A stretch of DNA of 64,000 nt from the human T2T-CHM13v2.0 reference genome, Homo sapiens. A program made the position numbers and the translations under genes. Of this stretch, positions 27,301-40,800 are shown piece by piece; within the stretch, counting starts at the first letter, position 1, and each line of letters opens with the position of its first letter. Under the pieces are notes generated by a model. The model was not told the origin of the DNA and did not search any database. It was given only the letters and a program-made list of their open reading frames with translations. The DNA is taken from the NCBI RefSeq assembly GCF_009914755.1, contig NC_060939.1. One strand, written 5' to 3'.

Positions 27301-30300
27301 TTCCATTCTATTCCTGTCGATTCCATTCAATTCCATTCCATTCTATTTCATTCCATTCGATTCCCTTCCATTGGACTCCTTTCCATTCGAGTGCATTGCA
27401 TTCCGTTCCATTTCTTTCTGTTCTGTATGATTCCTACCGTTCGATTTCATTTTGTTCCAGTCTATTCCTTTCACGTCCATTCCATTCCATTTCACTCCAT
27501 TCGATTCCATTCCACTCGATTCCCCTCCGTTCCATTTCATTGCATTCCATTCTATTCAATTCTATTGCATTCCATTCCATTCCATTTGATTACATTCCAT
27601 GCGATTCCATTCGAATTCAAATCAATTACATTGAAATCCATTACTATTGAGTCCGTTTTACTCCAGTCCACTCCATTCTGCTCCATTCCATTTGATTCCA
27701 TTCCATTCTATTCCATTCTGTACAGTTGCATTCCATTGGATTCCATTCTATATCTATAAATGCAACTCGAGACCATTGCTTTTGAGTCCATTCTATATGA
27801 TTCCATTCCATTCAAGTCCATTACATTTGGTTCAATTCCATTCCATTCCATTCCCTTCCATTCCATTCCATTTGATATCAATCCATTCGATTCCATTCCA
27901 TTCGAGCACATTCCAATCGAGTCCATTCCATTCGATGCCATTCCATTTGATTCTATTCCATTAGACTCCATTCAATTCCATTAATCTCCATTCCATTCCA
28001 TTCTACTCCAACTGATTCCATTCCATTCTATTCCTTTCCATTCCATTCCATTCCATTTGCTTCTATTCCATTCGTGTCCATTCCACTCCAGTCCATTCCA
28101 TTCGTGTCCATTCCATTCCAGTCCATTCCATTTGTGTCCACTGCATTCCATTCCACTCCATTCCATATTATTCCATTACACTCCATTCCATTCTATTACT
28201 TTCATTTCCATTCAGTTCCATTCCATTTGATTCCATTCCACTCGGTTTCACTCCATTTGAGTCCATTCCATTCCATTCCATTCCATTCTGTTCCATTCCA
28301 TTCCATTCCATTCCATTCCATTCCATTCCATTCGGTACCATTCCACATTGTTCCATTCGATTCCATTCGAATCCATTCCATTCCAGTCCATTCCATTCGA
28401 TTCCATTCCATTCCTTTCAATTCCATTCCATTCCATTCGATTCCACTTGATTCCACTCCATTCCCTTCCACTGCATTCCATTCGATTCCATTCCATTGCA
28501 TTGCATTCCATTCCTTTGTATTGCATTCCATTCGAATCAATTACATAGCAATCCATTACATTCGAGTCTGTTCTATTCCGTTGCACTCGATTTCGTTCCA
28601 ATCCATTCGATTCCATTCCATTCGATTCCATTCCATACTATTGCATTCCATTCGATTAAATTATATTCGAATAAATTCCATTCAAGACCATGTCTGTTGA
28701 GTCCATTCTACTTGAGTCCATTCCCTTTGATTCCATAACATTTGAGTCCATTCAATTCCATTCCTTTCGTTTCCATTCCATTTGATGCCATTCCATTCAA
28801 TTCTGTTCTACTCGACTCCAATACATTCAATTCCATTCCATCCGATTCCATTACATTCTTTTCATTTCTTATCCATTTCAAGCCATTCCATTCCATTCCA
28901 TTCCACTCGTTTCCTTTCCATTCGAGTCCATTCCACTCCAGTCCATTCCATTCGAATCCATTTCACTCCAGTCCATTCCATTCGAATCCGTTTCACTCCA
29001 GTCCATTAAATTCGAGTACATTCCATTCCATTCTATTCAATGCCATTCCATTCGATTCTATTCCATTCGACACCATTCCTTTCCATTCCGTTCCATCCGA
29101 TTCCATTACATTGTATTCCATTCAATTCCATTCCATTGCATTCCATTCTTTTCCATTCCATTCGAATTCATTCCACTCAAGTCCATTCCATTCGAGTCCA
29201 TTCCATTCGATATCATTCCACACTATTGCATTCCATTCGATTCCATTGTTTTCGAATAAATTCCAACCGAGACCATTCCTTTTGTGTCCTTTCTATTTGA
29301 CTGCATTCCATTTGAGTCCATTAAATTTCTGCACATTCCATTCCTTTCCATTCCATTCCATTCCATTCCTTTCGGTGCCATTCCATTCCACTCTAATCCA
29401 TTCAAGTCCATTCCATTTGAGTCCATTCCATTGATTCGATGCCATTACATTCAATTCTATTCCATTCGAATCCATTCCATTCCATTTCCTTCCAAACGAT
29501 TCCATTCCATTCTATTACTTTCTATTCCAATCCATTCCATTCCGTTCCATTCGTTTCCATTCCATTCGAGTCCACTCCATTCCAGTCCATTCCATTCGAT
29601 TCCATTCCATTCCAGTCCATTCCATTCAAGTCCATTCCACTGCATTCCACTCCATTCGATATCTTTTGATAACACCCCATTCCATTCTGCTCCTTACAAT
29701 TCAATTCAATTCCAGTCCATTTGATTCCATTCCATTTGATTACATTCCATTCGACTCCATTCCATTCGACTCTATTCCATTCGAGTCCATTCCATTCCAT
29801 TCCATTGCATTCCGTTCGAATCCCTATTCCATTCCATTTTGTTACTGTCCATTCCATTTGAGTCCATTCCATGCCAAACCATTCCATTCGATTCCATTCC
29901 AATAGATTCCATTGCAATCGAATCCAGTGCGTTCCATTCCATTGCTTTCCATTCCATTACATTCCATTGCATTACATTCCATTCCATTTGATTGCATTCC
30001 ATTCAATTCCATTAATTTCGAATCAATTACATTGCAATCCATTGCATTAGAGTTCTATTCCAGTCCATTGCATTCTGGCGCATTCCGTTCCATTCCATTC
30101 CATTCGATTCCGTTCCATTCGAATCGATTGCATTGCAATGCTTTACATTCGAGTCCGTTTTATTCCAGTCCAATCCATTCCGGTCCATTCCGTTCGATTC
30201 CATTCCATTCGATGCCACTCCATACTATTGTATTTCATTCGATTCCATTCTATTCAAATAAATTCCATTCGAGACCATTCCTTTCGAGTCCATTCTATTT

Positions 30301-33300
30301 GAGTCCATTCCATTCGAGTACATTATATTTGGGTCCATTCCATTCAATTCCATTGCAATAGATTCCATTCGATGTCACTCCATTCATTTCTATTCCATTA
30401 GAGTCCATGTCATTCGAGTCCATTCCATTCTATTCTATTCCACTCCATTCCATTCCATTCCACTCCATTCCATTCGTTGCCGTTCCATTCAATTCTATTA
30501 TATTCCACTCCATTTAATTCCATTCCATTCCATTCCATTCTATTCCATTCTATCCAATTCCGTTCCATTCTATTCCTTTAAAGTCCATTCCATTCCATTC
30601 CATTCGTTTCCATTCCATTCGAGTAAAGTCCACTCCAGTCCTTTCCATTCGAGTCCATTCCTCTCCAGTCCATTCCATTCAATCCATTCCATTCCAGTCC
30701 ATTCCATTCGAGTCCGTTCCATTCCAGTCCATTCCATTCGAGTCAATTCCATTCCATTCGATATCTTTCCATAACGATCCATTCCATTCTATTCCTTTCG
30801 ATTCCATTCAATTCCATTCCATTCTATTTCATTCCATTCGATTCCCTTCCATTGGACTCCTTTCCATTCGAGTGCATTCCATTCCGTTCCATTTCTTTCT
30901 GTTCTGTATGATTCCTACCTTTCGATTTCATTTTGTTCCAGTCTATTCCTTTCACGTCCATTCCATTCCATTTCTCTCCATTCGATTCCATTCCACTCGA
31001 TTCCCCTCCGTTCCATTTCATTGCATTCCATTCTATTCAATTCTATTGCATTCCATTCCATTCCATTTGATTACATTCCATGCGATTCCATTCGAATTCG
31101 AATCAATTACATTGAAATCCATTACTATTGAGTCCGTTTTACTCCAGTCCACTCCATTCTGCTCCATTCCATTTGATTCCATTCCATTCTATTCCATTCC
31201 GTACAGTTGCATTCCATTGGATTCCATTCTATATCTATAAATGCAACTCGAGACCATTGCTTTTGAGTCCATTCTATATGATTCCATTCCATTCAAGTCC
31301 ATTACATTTGGTTCAATTCCATTCCATTCCATTCCCTTCCATTCCATTCCATTTGATATCAATCCATTCGATTCCATTCCATTCGAGCACATTCCAATCG
31401 AGTCCATTCCATTCGATGCCATACCATTTGATTCTATTCCATTAGACTCCATTCAATTCCATTAATCTCCATTCCATTCCATTCTACTCCAACTGATTCC
31501 ATTCCATTCTATTCCTTTCCATTCCATTCCATTCCATTCGCTTCTATTCCATTCGTGTCCATTCCACTCCAGTCCATTCCATTCGTGTCCATTCCATTCC
31601 AGTCCATTCCATTTGTGTCCACTGCATTCCATTCCACTCCATTCCATATTATTCCATTACACTCCATTCCATTCTATTACTTTCATTTCCATTCAGTTCC
31701 ATTCCATTTGATTCCATTCCACTCGGTTTCACTCCACTTGAGTCCATTCCATTCCATTCCATTCCATTCTGTTCCATTCCATTCCATTCCATTCCATTCC
31801 ATTCCATTCCATTCGGTACCATTCCATATTGTTCCATTCGATTCCATTCGAATCCATTCCATTCCAGTCCATTCCATTCGATTCCATTCCATTCCTTTCA
31901 ATTCCATTCTATTCCATTCGATTCCACTTGATTCCACTCCATTCCCTTCCACTGCATTCCATTCGATTCCATTCCATTGCATTGCATTCCATTCCATTGG
32001 ATTGCATTCCATTCGATTCCATTCCATTCGAATCAATTACATAGCAATCCATTACATTCGAGTCTGTTCTATTCCGTTGCACTCGATTTCGTTCCAATCC
32101 ATTCGATTCCATTCCATTCGATTCCATTCCATACTATTGCATTCCATTCGATTAAATTATATTCGAATAAATTCCATTCAAGACCATTTCTGTTGAGTCC
32201 ATTCTACTTGAGTCCATTCCCTTTGATTCCATAACATTGGAGTCCATTCAATTCCATTCCTTTCGTTTCCATTCCATTTGATGCCATTCCATTCAATTCT
32301 GTTCTACTCGACTCCAATACATTCAATTCCATTCCATCCGATTCCATTACATTCTTTTCATTTCTTATCCATTTCAAGCCATTCCAGTCCATTCCATTCC
32401 ACTCGTTTCCTTTCCATTCGAGTCCATTCCACTCCAGTCCATTCCATTCGAATCCATTTCACTCCAGTCCATTCCATTCGAATCCGTTTCACTCCAGTCC
32501 ATTAAATTCGAGTACATTCCATTACATTCTATTCAATGCCATTCCATTCGATTCTATTCCATTCGACACCATTCCTTTCCATTCCGTTCCATCCGATTCC
32601 ATTCCATTGTATTCCATTCCATTGCATTCCATTACATTCCATTCGTTTCCATTCCATTCGAATTCATTCCACTCAAGTCCATTCCATTCGAGTCCATTCC
32701 ATTCGATATCATTCCATACTATTGCATTCCATTCGATTCCATTGTTTTCGAATAAATTCCAACCGAGACCATTCCTTTTGTGTCCTTTCTATTTGACTGC
32801 ATTCCATTTGAGTCCATTAAATTTCTGCACATTCCATTCCTTTCCTTTCCATTCCATTCCATTCCATTCCTTTCGTAGCCATTCCATTCCACTCTACTCC
32901 ATTCAAGTCCATTCCATTTGAGTCCATTCCATTGATTCGATGCCATTACATTCAATTCTATTCCATTCGAATCCATTCCTTTCCATTTCCTTCCAAACGA
33001 TTCCATTCCATTCTATTACTTTCTATTCCAATCCATTCCATTCCGTTCCATTCGTTTCCATTCCATTCGAGTCCACTCCATTCCATTCCATTCCATTCGA
33101 TTCCATTCCATTCCAGTCCATTCCATTCAAGTCCATTCCACTCCATTCCATTCCATTCGATATCTTTGATAACACCCCATTCCATTCTGCTCCTTACAAT
33201 TCAATTCAATTCCAGTCCATTTGATTCCATTCCATTTGATTACATTCCATTCGACTCCATTCCATTCGACTCTATTCCATTCGAGTCCATTCCATTCCAT

Positions 33301-34869
33301 TCCATTGCATTCCGTTCGAATCCCTATTCCATTCCATTTTGTTACTGTCCATTCCATTGGAGTCCATTCCATGCCAAACCATTCCATTCGATTCCATTCC
33401 AATAGGTTCAATTGCACTCGAATCCAGTGCGTTCCATTCCATTGCTTTCCATTCTATTACATTCCATTGCATTACATTCCATTCCATTTGATTGCATTCC
33501 ATTCAATTCCATTAACTTCGAATCAATTACATTGCAAACCATTGCATTAGAGTTCTATTCCAGTCCATTGCATTCCGGCGCATTCCGTTCCATTCCATTC
33601 CATTCGATTCCGTTCCATTCGAATCGATTGCATTGCAATGCTTTACATTCGAGTCCGTTTTATTCCAGTCCAATCCATTCCGTTCCATTCCGTTCGATTC
33701 CATTCCATTCGATGCCACTCCATACTATTGTATTTCATTCGATTCCATTCTATTCAAATAAATTCCATTCGAGACCATTCCTTTCGAGTCCATTCTATTT
33801 GAGTCCATTCCATTCGAGTCCATTATATTTGGGTCCATTCCATTCAATTCCATTGCAATCGATTCCATTCGATGTCACTCCATTCATTTCTATTCCATTA
33901 GAGTCCATGTCATTCGAGTTCATTCCATTCTATTCTATTCCACTCCATTCCATTCCATTCCATTCCACTCCATTCCATTCGTTGCCGTTCCATTCAATTC
34001 TATTATATTCCACTCCATTTAATTCCATTCCATTCCATTCCATTCCATTCCATTCCATTCTATCCAATTCCGTTCCATTCTATTCCTTTAAAGTCCATTC
34101 CATTCCATTCTATTCGTTTCCATTCCATTCGAGTAAAGTCCACTCCACTCCTTTCCATTCGATTCCATTCCTCTCCAGTCCATTCCGATCAATCCATTCC
34201 ATTCCAGTCCATTCCATTCAAGTCCGTTCCATTCCAGTCCATTCCATTCGAGTCAATTCCATTCCATTCGATATCTTTCCATAACGATCCATTCCATTCT
34301 ATTCCTTTCAATTCCATTCAATTCCATTCCATTCTATTTCATTCCATTCGATTCCCTTCCATTGGACTCCTTTCCATTCGAGTGCATTCCATTCCGTTCC
34401 ATTTCTTTCTGTTCTGTATGATTCCTACCTTTCAATTTCATTTTTTTCCAGTCTATTCCTTTCACGTCCATTCCATTCCATTTCACTCCATTCCATTCCA
34501 TTCCACTCGATTCCCCTCCGTTCCATTTCATTGCATTCCATTCTATTCAATTCTATTGCATTCCATTCCATTCCATTTGATTACATGCCATGCGATTCCA
34601 TTCGAATTCGAATCAATTACATTGAAATCCATTACTATTGAGTCCGTTTTACTCCAGTCCACTCCATTCTGCTCCATTCCATTTGATTCCATTCCATTCT
34701 ATTCCATTCCGTACAGTTGCATGCCATTGGAGTCCATTCTATATCTATAAATGCAACTCGAGACCATTGCTTTTGAGTCCATTCTATATGATTCCATTCC
34801 ATTCAAGTCCATTACATTTGGTTCAATTCCATTCCATTCCATTCCCTTCCATTCCATTCCAGTTGATAT

Positions 34870-37800
34870 CAATCCATTCGATTCCGTTCCATTCGAGCAC
34901 ATTCCAATCGAGTCCATTCCATTTGATGCCATTCCATTTGATTCTATTCCATTAGACTCCATTCAATTCCATTAATCTCCATTCCATTCCATTCTACTCC
35001 AACTGATTCCATTCCATTCTATTCCTTTCCATTCCATTCCATTCCATTCGCTTCTATTCCATTCGTGTCCATTCCACTCCACTCCATTCCATTCGTGTCC
35101 ATTCCATTCCAGTCCATTCCATTTGTGTCCACTGCATTCCATTCCACTCCATTCCATATTATTCCATTACACTCCATTCCATTCTTTTACTTTCATTTGC
35201 ATTCAGTTCCATTCCATTTGATTCCATTCCACTCGGTTTCACTCCATTTGAGTCCATTCCATTCCATTCCATTCCATTCTGTTCCATTCCATTCCATTCC
35301 ATTCCATTCCATTCCATTCGGTACCATTCCATACTGTTCCATTCGATTCCATTCGAATCCATTCCATTCCAGTCCATTCCATTCGATTCCATTCCATTCC
35401 TTTCAATTCCATTCCATTCCATTCGATTCCACTTGATTCCACTCCATTCCATTCCACTGCATTCCATTCGATTCCATTCCATTGCATTGCATTCCATTCC
35501 ATTGGATTGCATTCCATTCGATTCCATTCCATTCTATCCAATTCCGTTCCATTCTATTCCTTTAAAGTCCATTCCATTCCATTCCATTCGTTTCCATTCC
35601 ATTCGAGTAAAGTCCACTCCAGTCCTTTCCATTCGAGTCCATTCCTCTCCAGTCCATTCCGTTCAATCCATTCCATTCCAGTCCATTCCATTCGAGTCCG
35701 TTCCACTCCAGTCCATTCCATTCGAGTCAATTCCATTCCATTCGATGTCTTTCCATAACGATCCATTCCATTCTATTCCTTTCGATTCCATTCAGTTCTA
35801 TTTCATTCCATTCGATTCCCTTCCATTGGACTGCTTTCCATTCGAGTGCATTCCATTCCGTTCCATTTCTTTCCGTTCTGTACGATTCCTACCGTTCGAT
35901 TTCATTTTGTTCCAGTCCATTCCTTTCGCGTCCATTCCATTCCATTTCACTCCATTCGATTCCATTCCATTCGATTCCATTCCACTCGATTCCACTTCGT
36001 TCCATTTCATTGCATTCCATTCTATTCAACTCTATTTCCTTCCATTCCATTCCATTCGATTACATTCCATGCGATTCCATTCGACATCGAATCAATTACA
36101 TTGCAATCCATTACTATTGAGTCCGTTTTATTCCAGTCCACTGCATTCTGGTCCATTCCATTTGATTCCATTCCATTCTATTCCATTCCATACAGTTGCA
36201 TTCCATAGGATTCCATTCTATATCTATAAATTCAATTCGAGACCATTGCTTTGGAGTCCATTCTATATGATTCCATTCCATTCATGTCCATTACATTTGG
36301 GTCCATTCCATTCCATTCCATTAACTTCCATTCCATTCCATTTGATATCAATCCATTCGATTCCATTCCATTCGAGCACATTCCATTCGAGTCCATTCCA
36401 TTCGATGCCATTCCATTTGATTCTATTCCATTAGTCTCCATTCAATTCCATTAATCTCCATTCCATTCCATTCTACTCCAACTGATTCAATTCCATTCTA
36501 TTGCTTTCCATTCCATTTCATTCCATTAGGTTCTATGTCATTCCATTTCATTCCATTCCATTCCATTTCATTCCATTCCATTCCATTCGCATCCATTCCT
36601 TTCGTGTCCATTCCACTCCAGTCCATTCCATTCGTATGCATTCCATTCCAGTCCATTCCATTTGTGTCCACTGCATTCCATTCCACTCCATTCCATATTA
36701 TTCCATTACACTCCATTCCATTCTATTACTTTCATTTCCATTCAGTTCCATTCCATTTGATTCCATTCCACTCGGTTTCACTCCATTTGAGTCCATTCCA
36801 TTCCATTCCATTCCATTCTGTTCCATTCCGTTCCATTCCATTCCATTCCATTCGGTACCATTCCATATTGTTCCATTCGATTCCATTCGAATCCATTCCA
36901 TTCCAGTCCATTCCATTCGATTCCATTCCATTCCTTTCAATTCCATTCCATTCCATTCGATTCCACTTGATTCCACTCCATTCCCTTCCACTGCATTCCA
37001 TTCGATTCCATTCCATTGCATTGCATTCCATTCCATTGGATTGCATTCCATTCGATTCCATTCCATTCGAATCAATTACATAGCAATCCATTACATTCGA
37101 GTCTGTTCTATTCCGTTGCACTCGATTTCGTTCCAATCCATTCGATTCCATTCCATTCGATTCCATTCCATACTATTGCATTCCATTCGATTAAATTATA
37201 TTCGAATAAATTCCATTCAAGACCATTTCTGTTGAGTCCATTCTACTTGAGACCATTCCCTTTGATTCCATAACATTTGAGTCCATTCAATTCCATTCCT
37301 TTCGTTTCCATTCCATTTGATGCCATTCCATTCAATTCTGTTCTACTCGACTCCAATACATTCAATTCCATTCCATCCGATTCCATTACATTCTTTTCAT
37401 TTCTTATCCATTTCAAGCCATTCCATTCCATTCCATTCCACTCGTTTCCTTTCCATTCGAGTCCATTCCTCTCCAGTCCATTCCATTCGAATCCATTTCA
37501 CTCCAGTCCATTCCTTTCGAATCCGTTTCACTCCAGTCCATTAAATGCGAGTACATTCCATTCCATTCTATTCAATGCCATTCCATTCGATTCTATTCCA
37601 TTCGACACCATTCCTTTCCATTCCGTTCCATCCGATTCCATTCCATTGTATTCCATTCAATTCCATTCCATTCGTTTCCATTCCATTCGAATTCATTCCA
37701 CTCAAGTCCATTCCATTCGAGTCCATTCCATTCGATATCATTCCATACTATTGCATTCCATTCGATTCCATTGTTTTCGAATAAATTCCAACCGAGACCA

Positions 37801-40800
37801 TTCCTTTTGTGTCCTTTCTATTTGACTGCATTCCATTTGAGTCCATTAAATTTCTGCACATTCCATTCCTTTCCATTCCTTTCCATTCCATTCCTTTCGG
37901 TGCCATTCCATTCCACTCTACTCCATTCAAGTCCATTCCATTTGAGTCCATTCCATTGATTCGATGCCATTACATTCAATTCTATTTCATTCGAATCCAT
38001 TCCATTCCATTTCCTTCCAAACGATTCCATTCCATTCTATTACTTTCTATTCCAATCCATTCCATTTCGTTCCATTCGTTTCCATTCCATTCGAGTCCAC
38101 TCCATTCCAGTCCATTCCATTCGATTCCATTCCATTCCAGTCCATTCCATTCAAGTCCATTCCACTCCATTCCATTCCATTCGATATCTTTTGATAACAC
38201 CCCATTCCATTCTGCTCCTTACAATTCAATTCAATTCCAGTCCATTTGATTCCATTCCATTTGATTACATTCCATTCGACTCCATTCCATTCGACTCTAT
38301 TCCATTCGAGTCCATTCCATTCCATTCCATTCCATTGCATTCCGTTCGAATCCCTATTCCATTCCATTTTGTTACTGTCCATTCCATTTGAGTCCATTCC
38401 ATGCCAAACCATTCCATTCGATTCCATTCCAATAGATTCCATTGCACTCGAATCCAGTGCGTTCCATTCCATTGCTTTCCATTCTATTACATTCCATTGC
38501 ATTACATTCCATTCCATTTGATTGCATTCCATTCAATTCCATTAATTTCGAATCAATTACATTGCAATCCATTGCATTCGAGTTCTATTCCAGTCCATTG
38601 CATTCCGGCGCATTCCGTTCCATTCCATTCCATTCGATTCCGTTCCATTCGAATCGATTGCATTGCAATGCATTACATTCGAGTCCGTTTTATTCCAGTC
38701 CAATCCATTCCGGTCCATTCCGTTCGATTCCATTCCATTCGATGCCACTCCATACTATTGTATTTCATTTGATTCCATTCTATTCAAATAAATTCCGTTC
38801 GAGACCATTCCTTTCATGTCCATTCTATTTGAGTCCATTCCATTCGAGTCCATTATATTTGGGTCCATTCCGTTCAATTCCATTGCAATCGATTCCATTC
38901 GATGTCACTCCATTCATTTCTATTCCATTAGAGTCCATGTCATTCGAGTCCATTCCATTCTATTCTATTCCACTCCATTCCATTCCATTCCACTCCATTC
39001 CATTCGTTGCCGTTCCATTCAATTCTATTATATTCCACTCCATTTAATTCCATTCCATTCCATTCCATTCTATTCCATTCTGTCCAATTCCGTTCCATTC
39101 TATTCCTTTAAAGTCCATTCCATTCCATTCCATTCGTTTCCATTCCATTCGAGTAAAGTCCACTCCAGTCCTTTCCATTCGAGTCCATTCCTCTCCAGTC
39201 CATTCCGTTCAATCCATTCCATTCCAGTCCATTCCATTCGAGTCCGTTCCATTCCAGTCCATTCCATTCGAGTCAATTCCATTCCATTCAATATCTTTCC
39301 ATAACGATCCATTCCATTCTATTCCTTTCGATTCCATTCAATTCCATTCCATTCTATTTCATTCCATTCGATTCCCTTCCATTGGACTCCTTTCCATTCG
39401 AGTGCATTCCATTCCGTTCCATTTCTTTCTGTTCTGTATGATTCCTACCGTTCGATTTCATTTTGTTCCAGTCTATTCCTTTCACGTCCATTCCATTCCA
39501 TTTCACTCCATTCGATTCCATTCCACTCGATTCCCCTCCGTTCCATTTCATTGCATTCCATTCTATTCAATTCTATTGCATTCCATTCCATTCCATTTGA
39601 TTACATTCCATGCGATTCCATTCGAATTCGAATCAATTACATTGAAATCCATTACTATTGAGTCCGTTTTACTCCAGTCCACTCCATTCTGCTCCATTCC
39701 ATTTGATTCCATTCCATTCTATTCCATTCCGTACAGTTGCATTCCATTGGATTCCATTCTATATCTATAAATGCAACTCGAGACCATTGCTTTTGAGTCC
39801 ATTCTATATGATTCCATTCCATTCAAGTCCATTACATTTGGTTCAATTCCATTCCATTCCATTCCCTTCCATTCCATTCCATTTGATATCAATCCATTCG
39901 ATTCCATTCCATTCGAGCACATTCCAATCGAGTCCATTCCATTCGATGCCATTCCATTTGATTCTATTCCATTAGACTCCATTCAATTCCATTAATCTCC
40001 ATTCCATTCCATTCTACTCCAACTGATTCCATTCCATTCCATTTCATTCCATTCCATTCCATTCCATTCCATTCCATTCCATTCTTGTCCATTCCACTCC
40101 AGTCCATTCCATTCGTGTCCATTCCATTCCAGTCCATTCCATTTGTGTCCACTGCATTCCATTCCACTCCATTCCATATTATTCCATTACACTCCATTCC
40201 ATTCTATTACTTTCATTTCCATTCAGTTCCATTCCATTTGATTCCAATCCACTCGGTTTCACTCCATTTGAGTCCATTCCATTCCATTCCATTCCATTCT
40301 GTTCCATTCCATTCCATTCCATTCCATTCCATTCGGTACCATTCCATATTGTTCCATTCGATTCCATTCGAATCCATTCCATTCCAGTCCATTCCATTCG
40401 ATTCCATTCCATTCCTTTCAATTCCATTCCATTCCATTCGATTCCACTTGATTCCACTCCATTCCCTTCCACTGCATTCCATTCGATTCCATTCCATTGC
40501 ATTGCATTCCATTCCATTGGATTGCATTCCATTCGATTCCATTCCATTCGAATCAATTACATAGCAATCCATTACATTCGAGTCTGTTCTATTCCGTTGC
40601 ACTCGATTTCGTTCCAATCCATTCGATTCCATTCCATTCGATTCCATTCCATACTATTGCATTCCATTCGATTAAGTTATATTCGAATAAATTCCATTCA
40701 AGACCATGTCTGTTGAGTCCATTCTACTTGAGTCCATTCCCTTTGATTCCATAACATTTGAGTCCATTCAATTCCATTCCTTTCGTTTCCATTCCATTTG

